Translations under genes and position numbers: made by a program
Assembly (NCBI GenBank): GCA_052279835.1
Contig: CP181291.1
Span: forward strand, 5,152,001-5,216,000
DNA length: 64,000 nt
Reading direction: 5' to 3'
Source: Microcoleus sp.
Lineage (GTDB): Bacteria > Cyanobacteriota > Cyanobacteriia > Cyanobacteriales > Microcoleaceae
Notes under the pieces: model-generated
What the model saw: the letters and a program-made list of their open reading frames with translations, nothing else
What the model was told of the DNA's origin: nothing
The model's database searches: none
Shown here: positions 40,713 through 50,045 of the stretch, one piece after another
Layout of the letters: each line of letters begins with the position of its first letter
Position numbering within the stretch: the stretch's first letter is position 1

Positions 40713-42152
40713 TTAAGATGCTGAAGTTACCGAGGGAGTGCGATCGCCCACATCCTCCAACCAGACATTAGGTAATTGACTAGGGCGAGTTGGTAATTCC
40801 ATCAAACCCATTTCTGCCAACCTGACGACGTTGCCGAGGGTATCGACTAAGGCTGGATCGAAACGACTGCCACTAATTTCCCGGCACTTTTCCCAAGCTG
40901 CTGTCAAACCCAAGGCTGGACGATCGCCCCGCCCTTGAGTCCAGTCTTGAAAACACGCAACCAAGCCCAAAATCCGGGAAGCGATCGGTATTTCTTCTCC
41001 TCGCAAACCGTCTGGCCTACCGCTGCCGTCCCAGTGTTCGAGTTTATGCTTGACAATTTCGGCTACAGGTGATAGTTCCGGCATGGCTTGCAACAGTTGG
41101 GAACCGATGAAACTGCGATCGCGCCAAAATGTGAGAGTCTGTGGGTCAAAGCGATCGGGGGTTTGGGTGAACACCTCATTAGGGGCGGAAACTAACCCGA
41201 CTCGAAACAGCAATCCCGCCAACCGCAGCCGCCGCAACTGCAAAGCCGGCAAATCCAGAAGTTGCCCCAAAGTTTCCGACAAAGCCGCCACTTGCAAAGA
41301 CGCGGTGGGATTTGCGGTATCGCGTTCATCCACGCGCTGGGCCATCCGCAGAAAAGCTTGAAGTTTATTGGCATTCAAGTTGCGACTCACGCGCAGGGCT
41401 TGACCTTCCAATTCCCATAAGTCACGGGTTTGGCGGTTAATTGCCACCATTTGCTGCTGAGAACTTTGCAAGTAAGTCACGATCCGCGACACTACCCCGC
41501 TAATGTCTGCTAGGGGCGGGCCTACGGTGGTGAGGATTTCTCCGTAAAGTTGCAGCAGTTGGTCTGCCAAAGCCTTATCGTAATGTCGTGTTTGTTCTAT
41601 AAAAATTTTTGCAGCCTCCGACACCAAAGATTGGTCAAAGGACCACAAGCCGTAGAATTTTCTTTCTGTATCGATTTCTGGCTTACCTTGGGGCTGGTAT
41701 TCTTGGTGTGAAAGTTCGCGACAAAGCACCATGGCTTTGTAGGTTGGGGCGAGGATAATTAAATTCCATTCCTGGACTATGGGGTCGATCGGATCGAGAT
41801 TTATTAAAGATACATTTTCTAATTGACCAGTTTTGTGGTTTGCAAAACCGCTGTCGGCTACTGCACCGATGACAACCCGTCGAGATGCCTTAGCAATATC
41901 AAAGTAGCGATCGGCTTCTTGCAAATACCATTTTCCTTGCTGGAATGTGACCAACACTAGGGGTTTGACTTCTTGTTCTCCCCCCCCACTGGTTTGCAAG
42001 ATGTGGTCTTCTAGGGCGTGACACAGGGCTACTAAGGTATTTTTGAAATAAACGCCGTAGCTAGAAGGCAGTTTATTGTCGGGAAGTGTAGCTTGTAATC
42101 TGGCGAGAGTTGATTCTGGATTCATTACAAAAGGCGGTGCCGGCTTCTTCAT
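40713..42152 (-). CDS. DICT sensory domain + degenerate HD-GYP domain protein
   Basis: GVYFKNTLVALCHALED, FQQGKWYLQEADRY (DICT); EHWDGSG.PDGL.GEEIP..SRI, GSRFDP (HD-GYP fold). Confidence 0.85.
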   Translation of the reverse strand: MKKPAPPFVMNPESTLARLQATLPDNKLPSSYGVYFKNTLVALCHALEDHILQTSGGGEQEVKPLVLVTFQQGKWYLQEADRYFDIAKASRRVVIGAVADSGFANHKTGQLENVSLINLDPIDPIVQEWNLIILAPTYKAMVLCRELSHQEYQPQGKPEIDTERKFYGLWSFDQSLVSEAAKIFIEQTRHYDKALADQLLQLYGEILTTVGPPLADISGVVSRIVTYLQSSQQQMVAINRQTRDLWELEGQALRVSRNLNANKLQAFLRMAQRVDERDTANPTASLQVAALSETLGQLLDLPALQLRRLRLAGLLFRVGLVSAPNEVFTQTPDRFDPQTLTFWRDRSFIGSQLLQAMPELSPVAEIVKHKLEHWDGSGRPDGLRGEEIPIASRILGLVACFQDWTQGRGDRPALGLTAAWEKCREISGSRFDPALVDTLGNVVRLAEMGLMELPTRPSQLPNVWLEDVGDRTPSVTSAS

Positions 42153-42400
42153 TCATTGTAGCGGGCGATCGCACTTCTGGAAAATATCAATTTTTCGAGA
42201 GGGAAATTTGGGATTTTTCACCCCCCCAATAGCAGCTTTCCAAGGCCCTGGCTGATACTGGAGCCAGCTAGCGAGCGCAACTTTTTCTACAATCTGTGTC
42301 TGTTGCTGATATGTTTTCCTGGGGAAACCTGTCTTGAGGAAGACTCCAGATCCCTTAGCTATTATCTACTATTTTTAATACCATACACGGACATAAAAGA

Positions 42401-43141
42401 GTGATTCAACCAGAGCGGAGTTTAGGGGAACAGGCGATCGACAAAGTAGTTGAAATTGCAATTTCTAGCCAACTGGACGAATCTGAAAGTTTGTCTGTCA
42501 ACGTCGAAACCCAGCCCATGCAGTTAGCTCAGGGCGAGGTAGATTCAGTCACCATCAACGGTGAAGGTTTGGTGCTCAAGCAAGACTTGCGCGTCGCCCA
42601 ATTGGAAGTCAAAGTAAACGATATTTCTGTAAATCCCCTCAGTGCCATGTTTGGCAAAATTGAACTCAACGGGCCAGCGATGGGTGAGGCCCGTGCAGTT
42701 TTAACAGAAAGCGACATCAACCGTGCTTTTAACTCAGCATACATCAGCCAGAAGCTGCGGGAATTAAAAGTTAAGCGCGACGGAAAAACCCTGACAATTG
42801 ATATTCAATCTGTGCAGTGTCAGTTGCTCTCATCGGCTAAAATCGCTTTAGAAGCGGAGGTATTGGTACGGGAGACAGATGCTCGGGAAAAAATTTATTT
42901 TACAGCCAAACCTCAAATAGATGCCGGCGGTTGGGCTGTTTCTCTTCAGGATGTGGAATACCCCGAAAATCAGGAGTTTTCGCCGGATTTGACCGTAGCG
43001 TTGGCTGCCAAAGCCAGTGAAGTTTTAGACTTGCGAAATTTTGAATTGGAGGGAATGTCCCTGCAAATTCAGGAGTTGAATGTGGAAGCTGGTGTACTAA
43101 CATTGAAGGCTCTAGCAAAAGTCGCCAATTTTCCTACATAA
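42401..43141 (+). CDS. DUF2993 (LmeA-like) protein
   Basis: LGEQAIDK..SSQLDE..GEGLV...DLRV..LTESDINRAFNS. Confidence 0.82.
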   Translation: MIQPERSLGEQAIDKVVEIAISSQLDESESLSVNVETQPMQLAQGEVDSVTINGEGLVLKQDLRVAQLEVKVNDISVNPLSAMFGKIELNGPAMGEARAVLTESDINRAFNSAYISQKLRELKVKRDGKTLTIDIQSVQCQLLSSAKIALEAEVLVRETDAREKIYFTAKPQIDAGGWAVSLQDVEYPENQEFSPDLTVALAAKASEVLDLRNFELEGMSLQIQELNVEAGVLTLKALAKVANFPT

Positions 43142-43380
43142 ACACAGTGAATACGCAGATACCAGAAACTTTAAATAAGTCTGGTATCTTAACTTATCTC
43201 TATTTTGACATTTTTTTAATTAAATGTTTGTAGGAGATTTTTAAAACTTTCGAGCCATCCATCTAAAGTTATAAAAAAGTTTACTAAGAGCAGCCAACAA
43301 CTATCACTGGCGCTAGAGGTGAAAAAGCAAATTTTATTTGTATACTTTACAAGTATTGCTTGAAAGTTTGGGAATATTTT

Positions 43381-43953
43381 GTGAACGCTCTAACTACTTT
43401 TGTAAAAAAACTACGCATCGGTCAAATCTTGACTGTTTTTCTAGCAGGTTTGTTAGTATTCACTAGCACTGCTTGCAACGCGGGTGATGTTCGCGGTGCT
43501 CGGCCCGACAACCCTGCCGTTCAAGCTGGAGGAATGAATAATCCTCAAAAAGCTGGCGGTGATGGATACACTAATTATAAAACCTCCACCGATCCCAAGG
43601 TAAATCAGCAGCCTGGTACAGCCGAAAAAAATCGGGCTGATTTGTCTATAACAGACGATCGCCTTTTGGCCACGACTACCACTGAGTCTAATTCTTCCAA
43701 GTTGCTTTATCCTGGTTCTGAACCCCTGGAAACTGATAAGTTTGACCGGGAACTCGCAGGAGATAAAGATCTCTTAAACGCACCGGATGGACAGCCCGCT
43801 GAACGCCAACCTGTATTCGATCGCAGCGATCCAGATGCCAAGATTTTGGAGAGAGTAGGGGCGGCTTTTAAGGATGCTTCCAGTTTCCTGAAAGATAGCA
43901 CTGAAGATGCTAAGGAAAGTTCCGTTACCAAACTCAATCCTCTGCAAAAATAA
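43381..43953 (+). CDS. Cyanobacterial hypothetical lipoprotein (DUF6658-like)
   Basis: LRIGQILTVFLAGLLVFTSTAC lipobox, QAGGMNNPQKAGGDG. Confidence 0.7.
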   Translation: MNALTTFVKKLRIGQILTVFLAGLLVFTSTACNAGDVRGARPDNPAVQAGGMNNPQKAGGDGYTNYKTSTDPKVNQQPGTAEKNRADLSITDDRLLATTTTESNSSKLLYPGSEPLETDKFDRELAGDKDLLNAPDGQPAERQPVFDRSDPDAKILERVGAAFKDASSFLKDSTEDAKESSVTKLNPLQK

Positions 43954-43969
43954 GGTACGGATATAAATT

Positions 43970-44028
43970 AATATCAATCAAGGGGAGCGATCGCCACTCG
44001 AACGATCGCTCCCTTTATTGATATTTAT
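43970..44028 (+). terminator. Long stem-loop after the 43381 gene
   Basis: aatatcaat..gggagcgatcg / cgatcgctccc..attgatatt. Confidence 0.55.
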
Positions 44029-44164
44029 TAAGCCCATTTTCCAAAAAAACAGCATAGCCACAGCCCCGACTTCTGCAAGAAATCGGGGCTTTAAAGTGTG
44101 ATATATATGCCAGGAGTAATTCCTATTGCTCTCCAAGCTTTTTCAGATCTAAAACAAGTTTGTG

Positions 44165-44359
44165 TTATCGACCTTGTGACTCAGAAACATCTGCTATCAA
44201 ATCATCTTTATCAACTTTCGGGACAAAATCAGGTCGTTCTTTGGATTCCCAACCGGGGGGGCGCTTGGAGTTGTACCAAGCAATGGAGCCAATACTAACC
44301 GCAGCCACAAATCCAACACCAAGAACTGCGAGGGGAATCATTAGGTTGCTATCTACCAT
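44165..44359 (-). CDS. psb35: Photosystem II assembly protein Psb35-like
   Basis: GFVAAVSIGSIAWYNSKRPPGWE motif. Confidence 0.8.
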   Translation of the reverse strand: MVDSNLMIPLAVLGVGFVAAVSIGSIAWYNSKRPPGWESKERPDFVPKVDKDDLIADVSESQGR

Positions 44360-44551
44360 TTTGTGCAAATCCTTATTTACTCTACTTATCTAGTATCTTA
44401 TCTGCTAAGCGCCCTAACTCAATGTATCTCAAGATAGAAAAAGTGTCGGAGTTGAGATGGGAGAATTATTCCCACGGCTGAATCCGGGGCCCCGGACTCC
44501 TTTGGTTTCGGTGATAATGTTGAGATGTTGGAAATTGGAGCTAATTTGATT

Positions 44552-47500
44552 ATGCTGTTGTCGATCGCATTGTTATTAGTCGCCAGTTTCGCGATCGGTG
44601 CTTTACCACTAACGGGTTGGGCGGTGAGAGTCTTTGCGGGCAAAGATTTGAGGGTATTGGGTACCGGCAATATTGGCGTGTCAGCGGCTTTCATTCACGG
44701 CGGAAAGGTAGCGGGAATTGCTGCGGTGTTGGCGGAAATTGCCAGAGGTATGATACCAGTTTTGGCGGGGCGATTTTGGTTCCCCGATACACCTGCGATC
44801 GCCCTTACCCTGTTAATTCCTCTAGTTGCGGGCAGATATGCGATCGCCCGTGGAGGAGGAGTCACCAACGCTGTTTGGGGTATTTTCGCCTTTTCCCCAG
44901 CGGTGGCTATCACAGCGGGCATTTTTGGGTTGCTGGTGTGGCGTTTGGCTGAGGTTGTGTGGAGTAAGGGCGATCGAGCGCGGCTGTTTGCTTCCCGTTG
45001 CGGATGTCTGTGCACCCCAATCTGGCTTTGGCTATGGCGACAAAATACCACAGAATTTTTAGCAGCGGCAGGATTAGCCGGTTTACTGTTCACAATTAGT
45101 CTGCGTCAGGGTGATGATATGGCCTTATCTAAATCGGAAAAATTGCTCTCTCTCGATGACTCATTAGATGCGAAAGTCTGTGGCGATAAAGCTGCGAAAT
45201 TGTCTATACTGAAACGAGCCAAATTTAATGTACCTCCCGGTTGGATCTTATTACAAGGCAACCCCACCCTAACCGCCAAGGGTCCAAGTCAACCCCCCCC
45301 TACCCCCCCCAAGGGGGGAAGTCAACCGCCCCTTAACGCCTTGGGGGGAAGTCAACCCCCCCCTACCCCCCCCAAGGGGGGAAAGAAAGAGGGAAGAAAA
45401 CATGAGGAATTGTCAATTTCTGATGCTGTAATCCAACATCTCACATCCCAAATTTCCAATCAGATGATTGTGCGCTCTTCTGCTGTAGGAGAAGACGGCG
45501 ATATTAGTTCCGCAGCGGGACAATATGAAACTATTGGGCCTGTTTCAACGGAAGCTCAATTGCGGGAGGCAATTAATCGTTGTCGCCAGTCTTATTGGAC
45601 TTCCGAAGCAGTGGCTTACCGTCGCCAGCGACAATTGCCTGATACCCAAATGGCTGTTTTAATTCAGCCTTATATTGACGGCCAAGTTGCGGGAGTCATG
45701 TTCACCCGCAATCCTTTAGACGGGGGTTGTCAGGTAATTATTGAAGCTTTACCGGGAGGAGCAGAATCTGTTGTTGGCGGACAAATTACTCCGGTTCATT
45801 TGGAAATTGATTTTAGTACATCTGAGTCACTACAAGCAAGTTTTATTAAACTTGAAAATAATTCATTTATTGCTCATTCGATTGTAGCAGAATTGGTAAA
45901 ACAAGCGCAAGCAATCGAAGCATTTTTTCATGGGATACCGCAGGATATTGAGTGGAGTTGGGATGGTGAGCAAATTTGGATTTTACAAAGCCGCCCGATT
46001 ACTAATTTGCAGCCCTTCTGGACGCGAACTATTGCTGCTGAAGTGATTCCCGGTGCAATTCGTCCGCTAACTTGGTCGATTAATCGCCCGCTGACTTGTG
46101 GAGTTTGGGGAGAAATTTTTCAGGTGGTTTTGGGCGATCGCGCTGCTAATTTAAACTTTAATGAAACTGCCACTTTGCTGGGTTCTCATGCTTATTTTAA
46201 TGCTACTTTGTTGGGCGAAATTTTTCGGATGATGGGATTACCGGAGCAGGGTTTGGAATTTTTGCTGAGAGGGCAAAAAATGGGCAAGCCACCTTTGGGG
46301 AAGATTTTGCCATCTTTGCCCGGTTTGTGGCGTTTGGTGCAGCGAGAGATGGCGCTCAATCGAGAATTCAAGGGCGATCTTACTGATATTTTCCTACCTG
46401 CAATCCAAAAATTAGAGAAGTCAGAAGTCAACCCTCCCCTACCTCAAGTCAACCCTCCCCTAGCCCAAGTCAACCCCCCCCAGCCCCAAGTCAACCCCCC
46501 CCTACCTCAAGTCAACCCTCCCCTACCTCAAGTCAACCCCCTTCTACCCCAAGTCAACCCCCCCCTACCCCCCCCAAGGGGGGAAAGAAGAGGGGAAAAT
46601 GCTCAAGATTTAATGGGATTGTTGGAGAGAGTACAGCAAATTCAGGAGTGGCTAAAACCTATTACTTACTACAATATATTAGGTCCGATCGGGCTGGCAA
46701 TTCGTAAAGCAATTTTTCGGGTTCCCGATGAATGGTTAGACAATGATAATGCACCGGAAATTGCATCGGTAAGAGCTTTGCAGCAGTTAGCCCAAAAGTT
46801 GCGACAAGCTGGGATGTCGCAATCGGATGAAAATATTTCAACTGCAAAATTAGCCCAGATATTTGCTGAAAGTTCTGCTTTACAAGCGGAATTTGCCCAG
46901 TGGCTTGATAGTTACGGATATTTGAGCGAAGTGGGTACGGATATTGCTGTTGCTACTTGGCGCGAACAACCGGAAGCTTACCAGAAGTTGCTCCTAACTA
47001 TGGCACAAAAATCGGCGGTAACTAATTTAGATGGAACTGGAAAATTAGGGTTGACTTTTTGGCAGAAATGGCGATTAGATAAATGTCAGGAAAGAGCGAG
47101 AGTCAAAAATGAAATTAGCCAAGTCTACGCCCGGTTGTTGGCTCATTTGCGCTGGACTTTTTTGGCCATAGAAGCTGAGGGCTTAGCCATGGGTGTATTT
47201 CAGGAAGCTGGGGATATCTTTTATTTGGAATTTGGGGAGATTCAGCAGTGGATACGCAGTGGCGATCGTGTTTCGTTTCAGGATACTATTAGAGCAAGGC
47301 GCGCACAGCTAAAAGTCGATCGCCTCCGCCCGATTCCTCCTGTAGTATATGGCAATCTACTGCCAAATTCTCAGGAAAAGACGAGAACACCAGCGACATC
47401 TACAACTAAAATCATCCAGGGAATTCCCGCAAGTATCGGCCGTGTCGAAGGCTTGGTCAAGATTTGTCGCACCGTGACTACAGATTTACCAGAAAATGCG

Positions 47501-47722
47501 ATCGTAGTAGTTCCTTACACCGATGCAGGTTGGGCACCGCTGCTATTAGGAGCAACAGCAATTATATCTGAAGTTGGCGGCCAACTATCTCACGGAGCAA
47601 TTATCGCTCGCGAGTATAAAATTCCCGCAGTCATGAATATTCCAGAAGCTACAACACGCTTCCGAGACGGTCAAAAAGTGCGAGTAGACGGATATCTGGG
47701 CACTGTAGAATTACTCGAATAA
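44552..47722 (+). CDS. PlsY-like membrane domain fused to PEP-utilising/dikinase (ATP-grasp + phospho-His swivel) domains
   Basis: GTGNIGVSAAF (PlsY); GDKAAKL, VRSSAVGED, PQDIEW, LQSRPIT; GGQLSHGAIIAREY; start 44525 or 44552. Confidence 0.88.
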   Translation: MLLSIALLLVASFAIGALPLTGWAVRVFAGKDLRVLGTGNIGVSAAFIHGGKVAGIAAVLAEIARGMIPVLAGRFWFPDTPAIALTLLIPLVAGRYAIARGGGVTNAVWGIFAFSPAVAITAGIFGLLVWRLAEVVWSKGDRARLFASRCGCLCTPIWLWLWRQNTTEFLAAAGLAGLLFTISLRQGDDMALSKSEKLLSLDDSLDAKVCGDKAAKLSILKRAKFNVPPGWILLQGNPTLTAKGPSQPPPTPPKGGSQPPLNALGGSQPPPTPPKGGKKEGRKHEELSISDAVIQHLTSQISNQMIVRSSAVGEDGDISSAAGQYETIGPVSTEAQLREAINRCRQSYWTSEAVAYRRQRQLPDTQMAVLIQPYIDGQVAGVMFTRNPLDGGCQVIIEALPGGAESVVGGQITPVHLEIDFSTSESLQASFIKLENNSFIAHSIVAELVKQAQAIEAFFHGIPQDIEWSWDGEQIWILQSRPITNLQPFWTRTIAAEVIPGAIRPLTWSINRPLTCGVWGEIFQVVLGDRAANLNFNETATLLGSHAYFNATLLGEIFRMMGLPEQGLEFLLRGQKMGKPPLGKILPSLPGLWRLVQREMALNREFKGDLTDIFLPAIQKLEKSEVNPPLPQVNPPLAQVNPPQPQVNPPLPQVNPPLPQVNPLLPQVNPPLPPPRGERRGENAQDLMGLLERVQQIQEWLKPITYYNILGPIGLAIRKAIFRVPDEWLDNDNAPEIASVRALQQLAQKLRQAGMSQSDENISTAKLAQIFAESSALQAEFAQWLDSYGYLSEVGTDIAVATWREQPEAYQKLLLTMAQKSAVTNLDGTGKLGLTFWQKWRLDKCQERARVKNEISQVYARLLAHLRWTFLAIEAEGLAMGVFQEAGDIFYLEFGEIQQWIRSGDRVSFQDTIRARRAQLKVDRLRPIPPVVYGNLLPNSQEKTRTPATSTTKIIQGIPASIGRVEGLVKICRTVTTDLPENAIVVVPYTDAGWAPLLLGATAIISEVGGQLSHGAIIAREYKIPAVMNIPEATTRFRDGQKVRVDGYLGTVELLE
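45259..45383 (+). repeat. In-frame tandem copies of a C-rich/G-rich palindromic repeat
   Basis: aagtcaacccccccctaccccccccaaggggggaa twice plus degenerate units. Confidence 0.8.
46425..46585 (+). repeat. In-frame 21-nt tandem repeat (QVNPPLP x7) ending in the same palindromic element
   Basis: aagtcaaccctcccctacctc-like units followed by ctaccccccccaaggggggaa. Confidence 0.85.
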
Positions 47723-47754
47723 ACGGAAAGAAAAATGTAAAAATTCATACATTC

Positions 47755-47819
47755 TGTAGGGGCGGGTTCCAGCAACAATAATTGCCCAAAACAAACAATC
47801 TCGCAAACCCGCCCCCACA
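47755..47819. repeat. GTAG-type REP doublet (REPIN-like)
   Basis: tgtaggggcgggtt ... aacccgcccccaca; related copy at 52803-52866. Confidence 0.65.
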
Positions 47820-47830
47820 AAAAACCTTTC

Positions 47831-49561
47831 CTAAGCCTTTAAGAAATTTTGGACAACATAGTTACCCACATTTCTGCCAGAACTTAAACCATCCACGTTA
47901 GCACTCATGAAATGGATGCCTCCGTAAAGGCGACTCATACCCGATTCATCAGCAGCTTGGGCAAAGTTGTCAAAAGTTCGCAAACTGTTAACAGTTTTAT
48001 CTCCTTTGTCCGCAAAGCCAAAATCCGAACCAAATACTGAGTTCATAACAGGCTCTGCCGCACCGCTAAAGGTACTGTGACCCGACGTGTACTCAGGGAA
48101 GGGCGGAGTTACCAGCAGCGGAGTCCACTGGGGGTCGGCTGTCGTGCTGGGGTTGTTGTCCGTATCAGCTTGGCGGATGGCTGTGACCGGCCGCCACAGG
48201 TTGTACTGGTACTTGGCATCCCACGAATTAATAGCTGCATCGGCTTCGGCAATATTTAGCAGGGCGAACAAGCGGGCGGTATCTTCGAGGGAGTTACCCG
48301 TCAGGGCCGATGCGTCTTGGGCGATTTGGTTCCAGTGGCCCGGAGGGGTAAAAGTACCTGCACCGTTGGCCCAAAATGTAGCAATGGCTGTTTGGTCTGG
48401 CGTCCGCGTGAGACTGTCAATGTTGCCGATTTCTTTGACGTAGTTCACTTCCTCTGCGTACTTGGCGCTGTCGAGGGCGGGAGGGCCGGCAGGACGGAAT
48501 TGGGAACCGCTAGTCATCGCAAAGGGAGTAACCCCTGACCACTGTGGCAGCAAGCCAGAAGCCAAAGCGGGGGGAGTCGGCACCCAAAAACCGGGGCCTG
48601 TTGGCGGGTTGTACTGCACTACTTTGGTTGCACCGTCTGTACTCCGCCAACTAATCATGTTGTCGGCAACCTTTTCTCCCAGGGCGATGCCGTCGTCTTT
48701 GGATTTGCCATCGGGGATTTTGGCTAGAGACGATGCGTAGGTTTCATTGAATTTGACAGCTTGGGCTGGGTAAAGGCTGACTAAGACGCGGTGGGCGGCC
48801 GCCGCCGTGGCTGCTTCTTCTGATGCGCCCGCTGGTGCATCTATTTGCACGCGGTAAGGGCTATATTTTTTACTGATGGAGTTAACAGCGTCGTAAATGG
48901 CTGCGTGAACCATTGCCATGTTGCGCGCAGCGAGGGGAGGTGCTGTGCTGGCAGTCCGCACGGCATCGAGGGTGGTGGCATTCCAGTCTGTGACAGCGTT
49001 TCCTGAGATGTGAGTTGTGAAGTTGTTGGGGTTGATGCTGCTACTGTTGACTCCCGGCAATACTGCTAAATACTCTCCCGTAAGTTTGTCTTGAATTATG
49101 GTGCTGTTGCTATTAGCATCGGTGCCTTGCTGGATGTTTAAATCTTCAAAGGTGAGGCCGTTTAGCAAGCGAATTTTGTCATTGCCGTTGCCGAAATCGC
49201 TGATGTAATCTGCTGTGGCAAAGGTTGTGCCTCCACTACCTTTGGCAAGGGCAAATATATCATCGCCTTCCCCACCGGTGATGGTATCGCTGTCTATACC
49301 ACCGTAAATGATATCGTTGCCGGAGTTGCCAACAATTAGGTCGCTACCTTTGCCTCCCCAGAGGATATCGTCATCTGCACCGCCAAAAATGCTATCGTTT
49401 CCTTGGTCGCCACAGATTTTGTCTTTGCCTCCATCCCCTTGGAGAAAGTCATCTCCACTATTGGCATAAATTATGTCGTTGCCATCCAGGGCACTAATTG
49501 TATCTGATGCGGATGTTCCTTCCAGATAGTCAAATTTGGGATTTCCAGTAAGAGATGCCAT
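47831..49561 (-). CDS. RTX Ca-binding repeat + vanadium-dependent haloperoxidase (PAP2 superfamily)
   Basis: GGxGxD repeats; WDAKYQYNLWRP, PPFPEYTSGHS, SRLYGGIHF. Confidence 0.9.
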   Translation of the reverse strand: MASLTGNPKFDYLEGTSASDTISALDGNDIIYANSGDDFLQGDGGKDKICGDQGNDSIFGGADDDILWGGKGSDLIVGNSGNDIIYGGIDSDTITGGEGDDIFALAKGSGGTTFATADYISDFGNGNDKIRLLNGLTFEDLNIQQGTDANSNSTIIQDKLTGEYLAVLPGVNSSSINPNNFTTHISGNAVTDWNATTLDAVRTASTAPPLAARNMAMVHAAIYDAVNSISKKYSPYRVQIDAPAGASEEAATAAAAHRVLVSLYPAQAVKFNETYASSLAKIPDGKSKDDGIALGEKVADNMISWRSTDGATKVVQYNPPTGPGFWVPTPPALASGLLPQWSGVTPFAMTSGSQFRPAGPPALDSAKYAEEVNYVKEIGNIDSLTRTPDQTAIATFWANGAGTFTPPGHWNQIAQDASALTGNSLEDTARLFALLNIAEADAAINSWDAKYQYNLWRPVTAIRQADTDNNPSTTADPQWTPLLVTPPFPEYTSGHSTFSGAAEPVMNSVFGSDFGFADKGDKTVNSLRTFDNFAQAADESGMSRLYGGIHFMSANVDGLSSGRNVGNYVVQNFLKA

Positions 49562-50045
49562 GTCTATTGATTGGATATTTTGATTACATCGCCAAGATAG
49601 TTATTGTCTTTAGTAGATGCCCAGGTTGGTTTGTTGCTGGTTTCAGCTTACGCTATTTTATTGAATATAAGTAGCACAGCAATGAGAACTTTATGGAATC
49701 TTTAATATTTAATGGATTTTTTCTAAGTTTTTCAGGAGTGAGGAAGCGTAGTAAAAATGTACTCAAAAGTTCCTCAATTTCTGCTATTTTGTTTGATTTT
49801 TACAATCAAACATTTTTTTTAACAATTAGATATATAGATAAGTAGAAGGAAGAAGTCACCCCCTACCCCCCCCAAGGGGGGAAATTCAGGAAGAAGATCG
49901 ATGTGAAGAATAGCAAGCCAGTAAGCTTTTGAGCTATTTGGATCTTGCATTTAATTAGGTGGACTTACTTAACAATTAGATATATAGATATATATTTTTT
50001 AAGCATCAAAAAAGCCAAGGAGCTAACTCATTAATTAAATATTGA

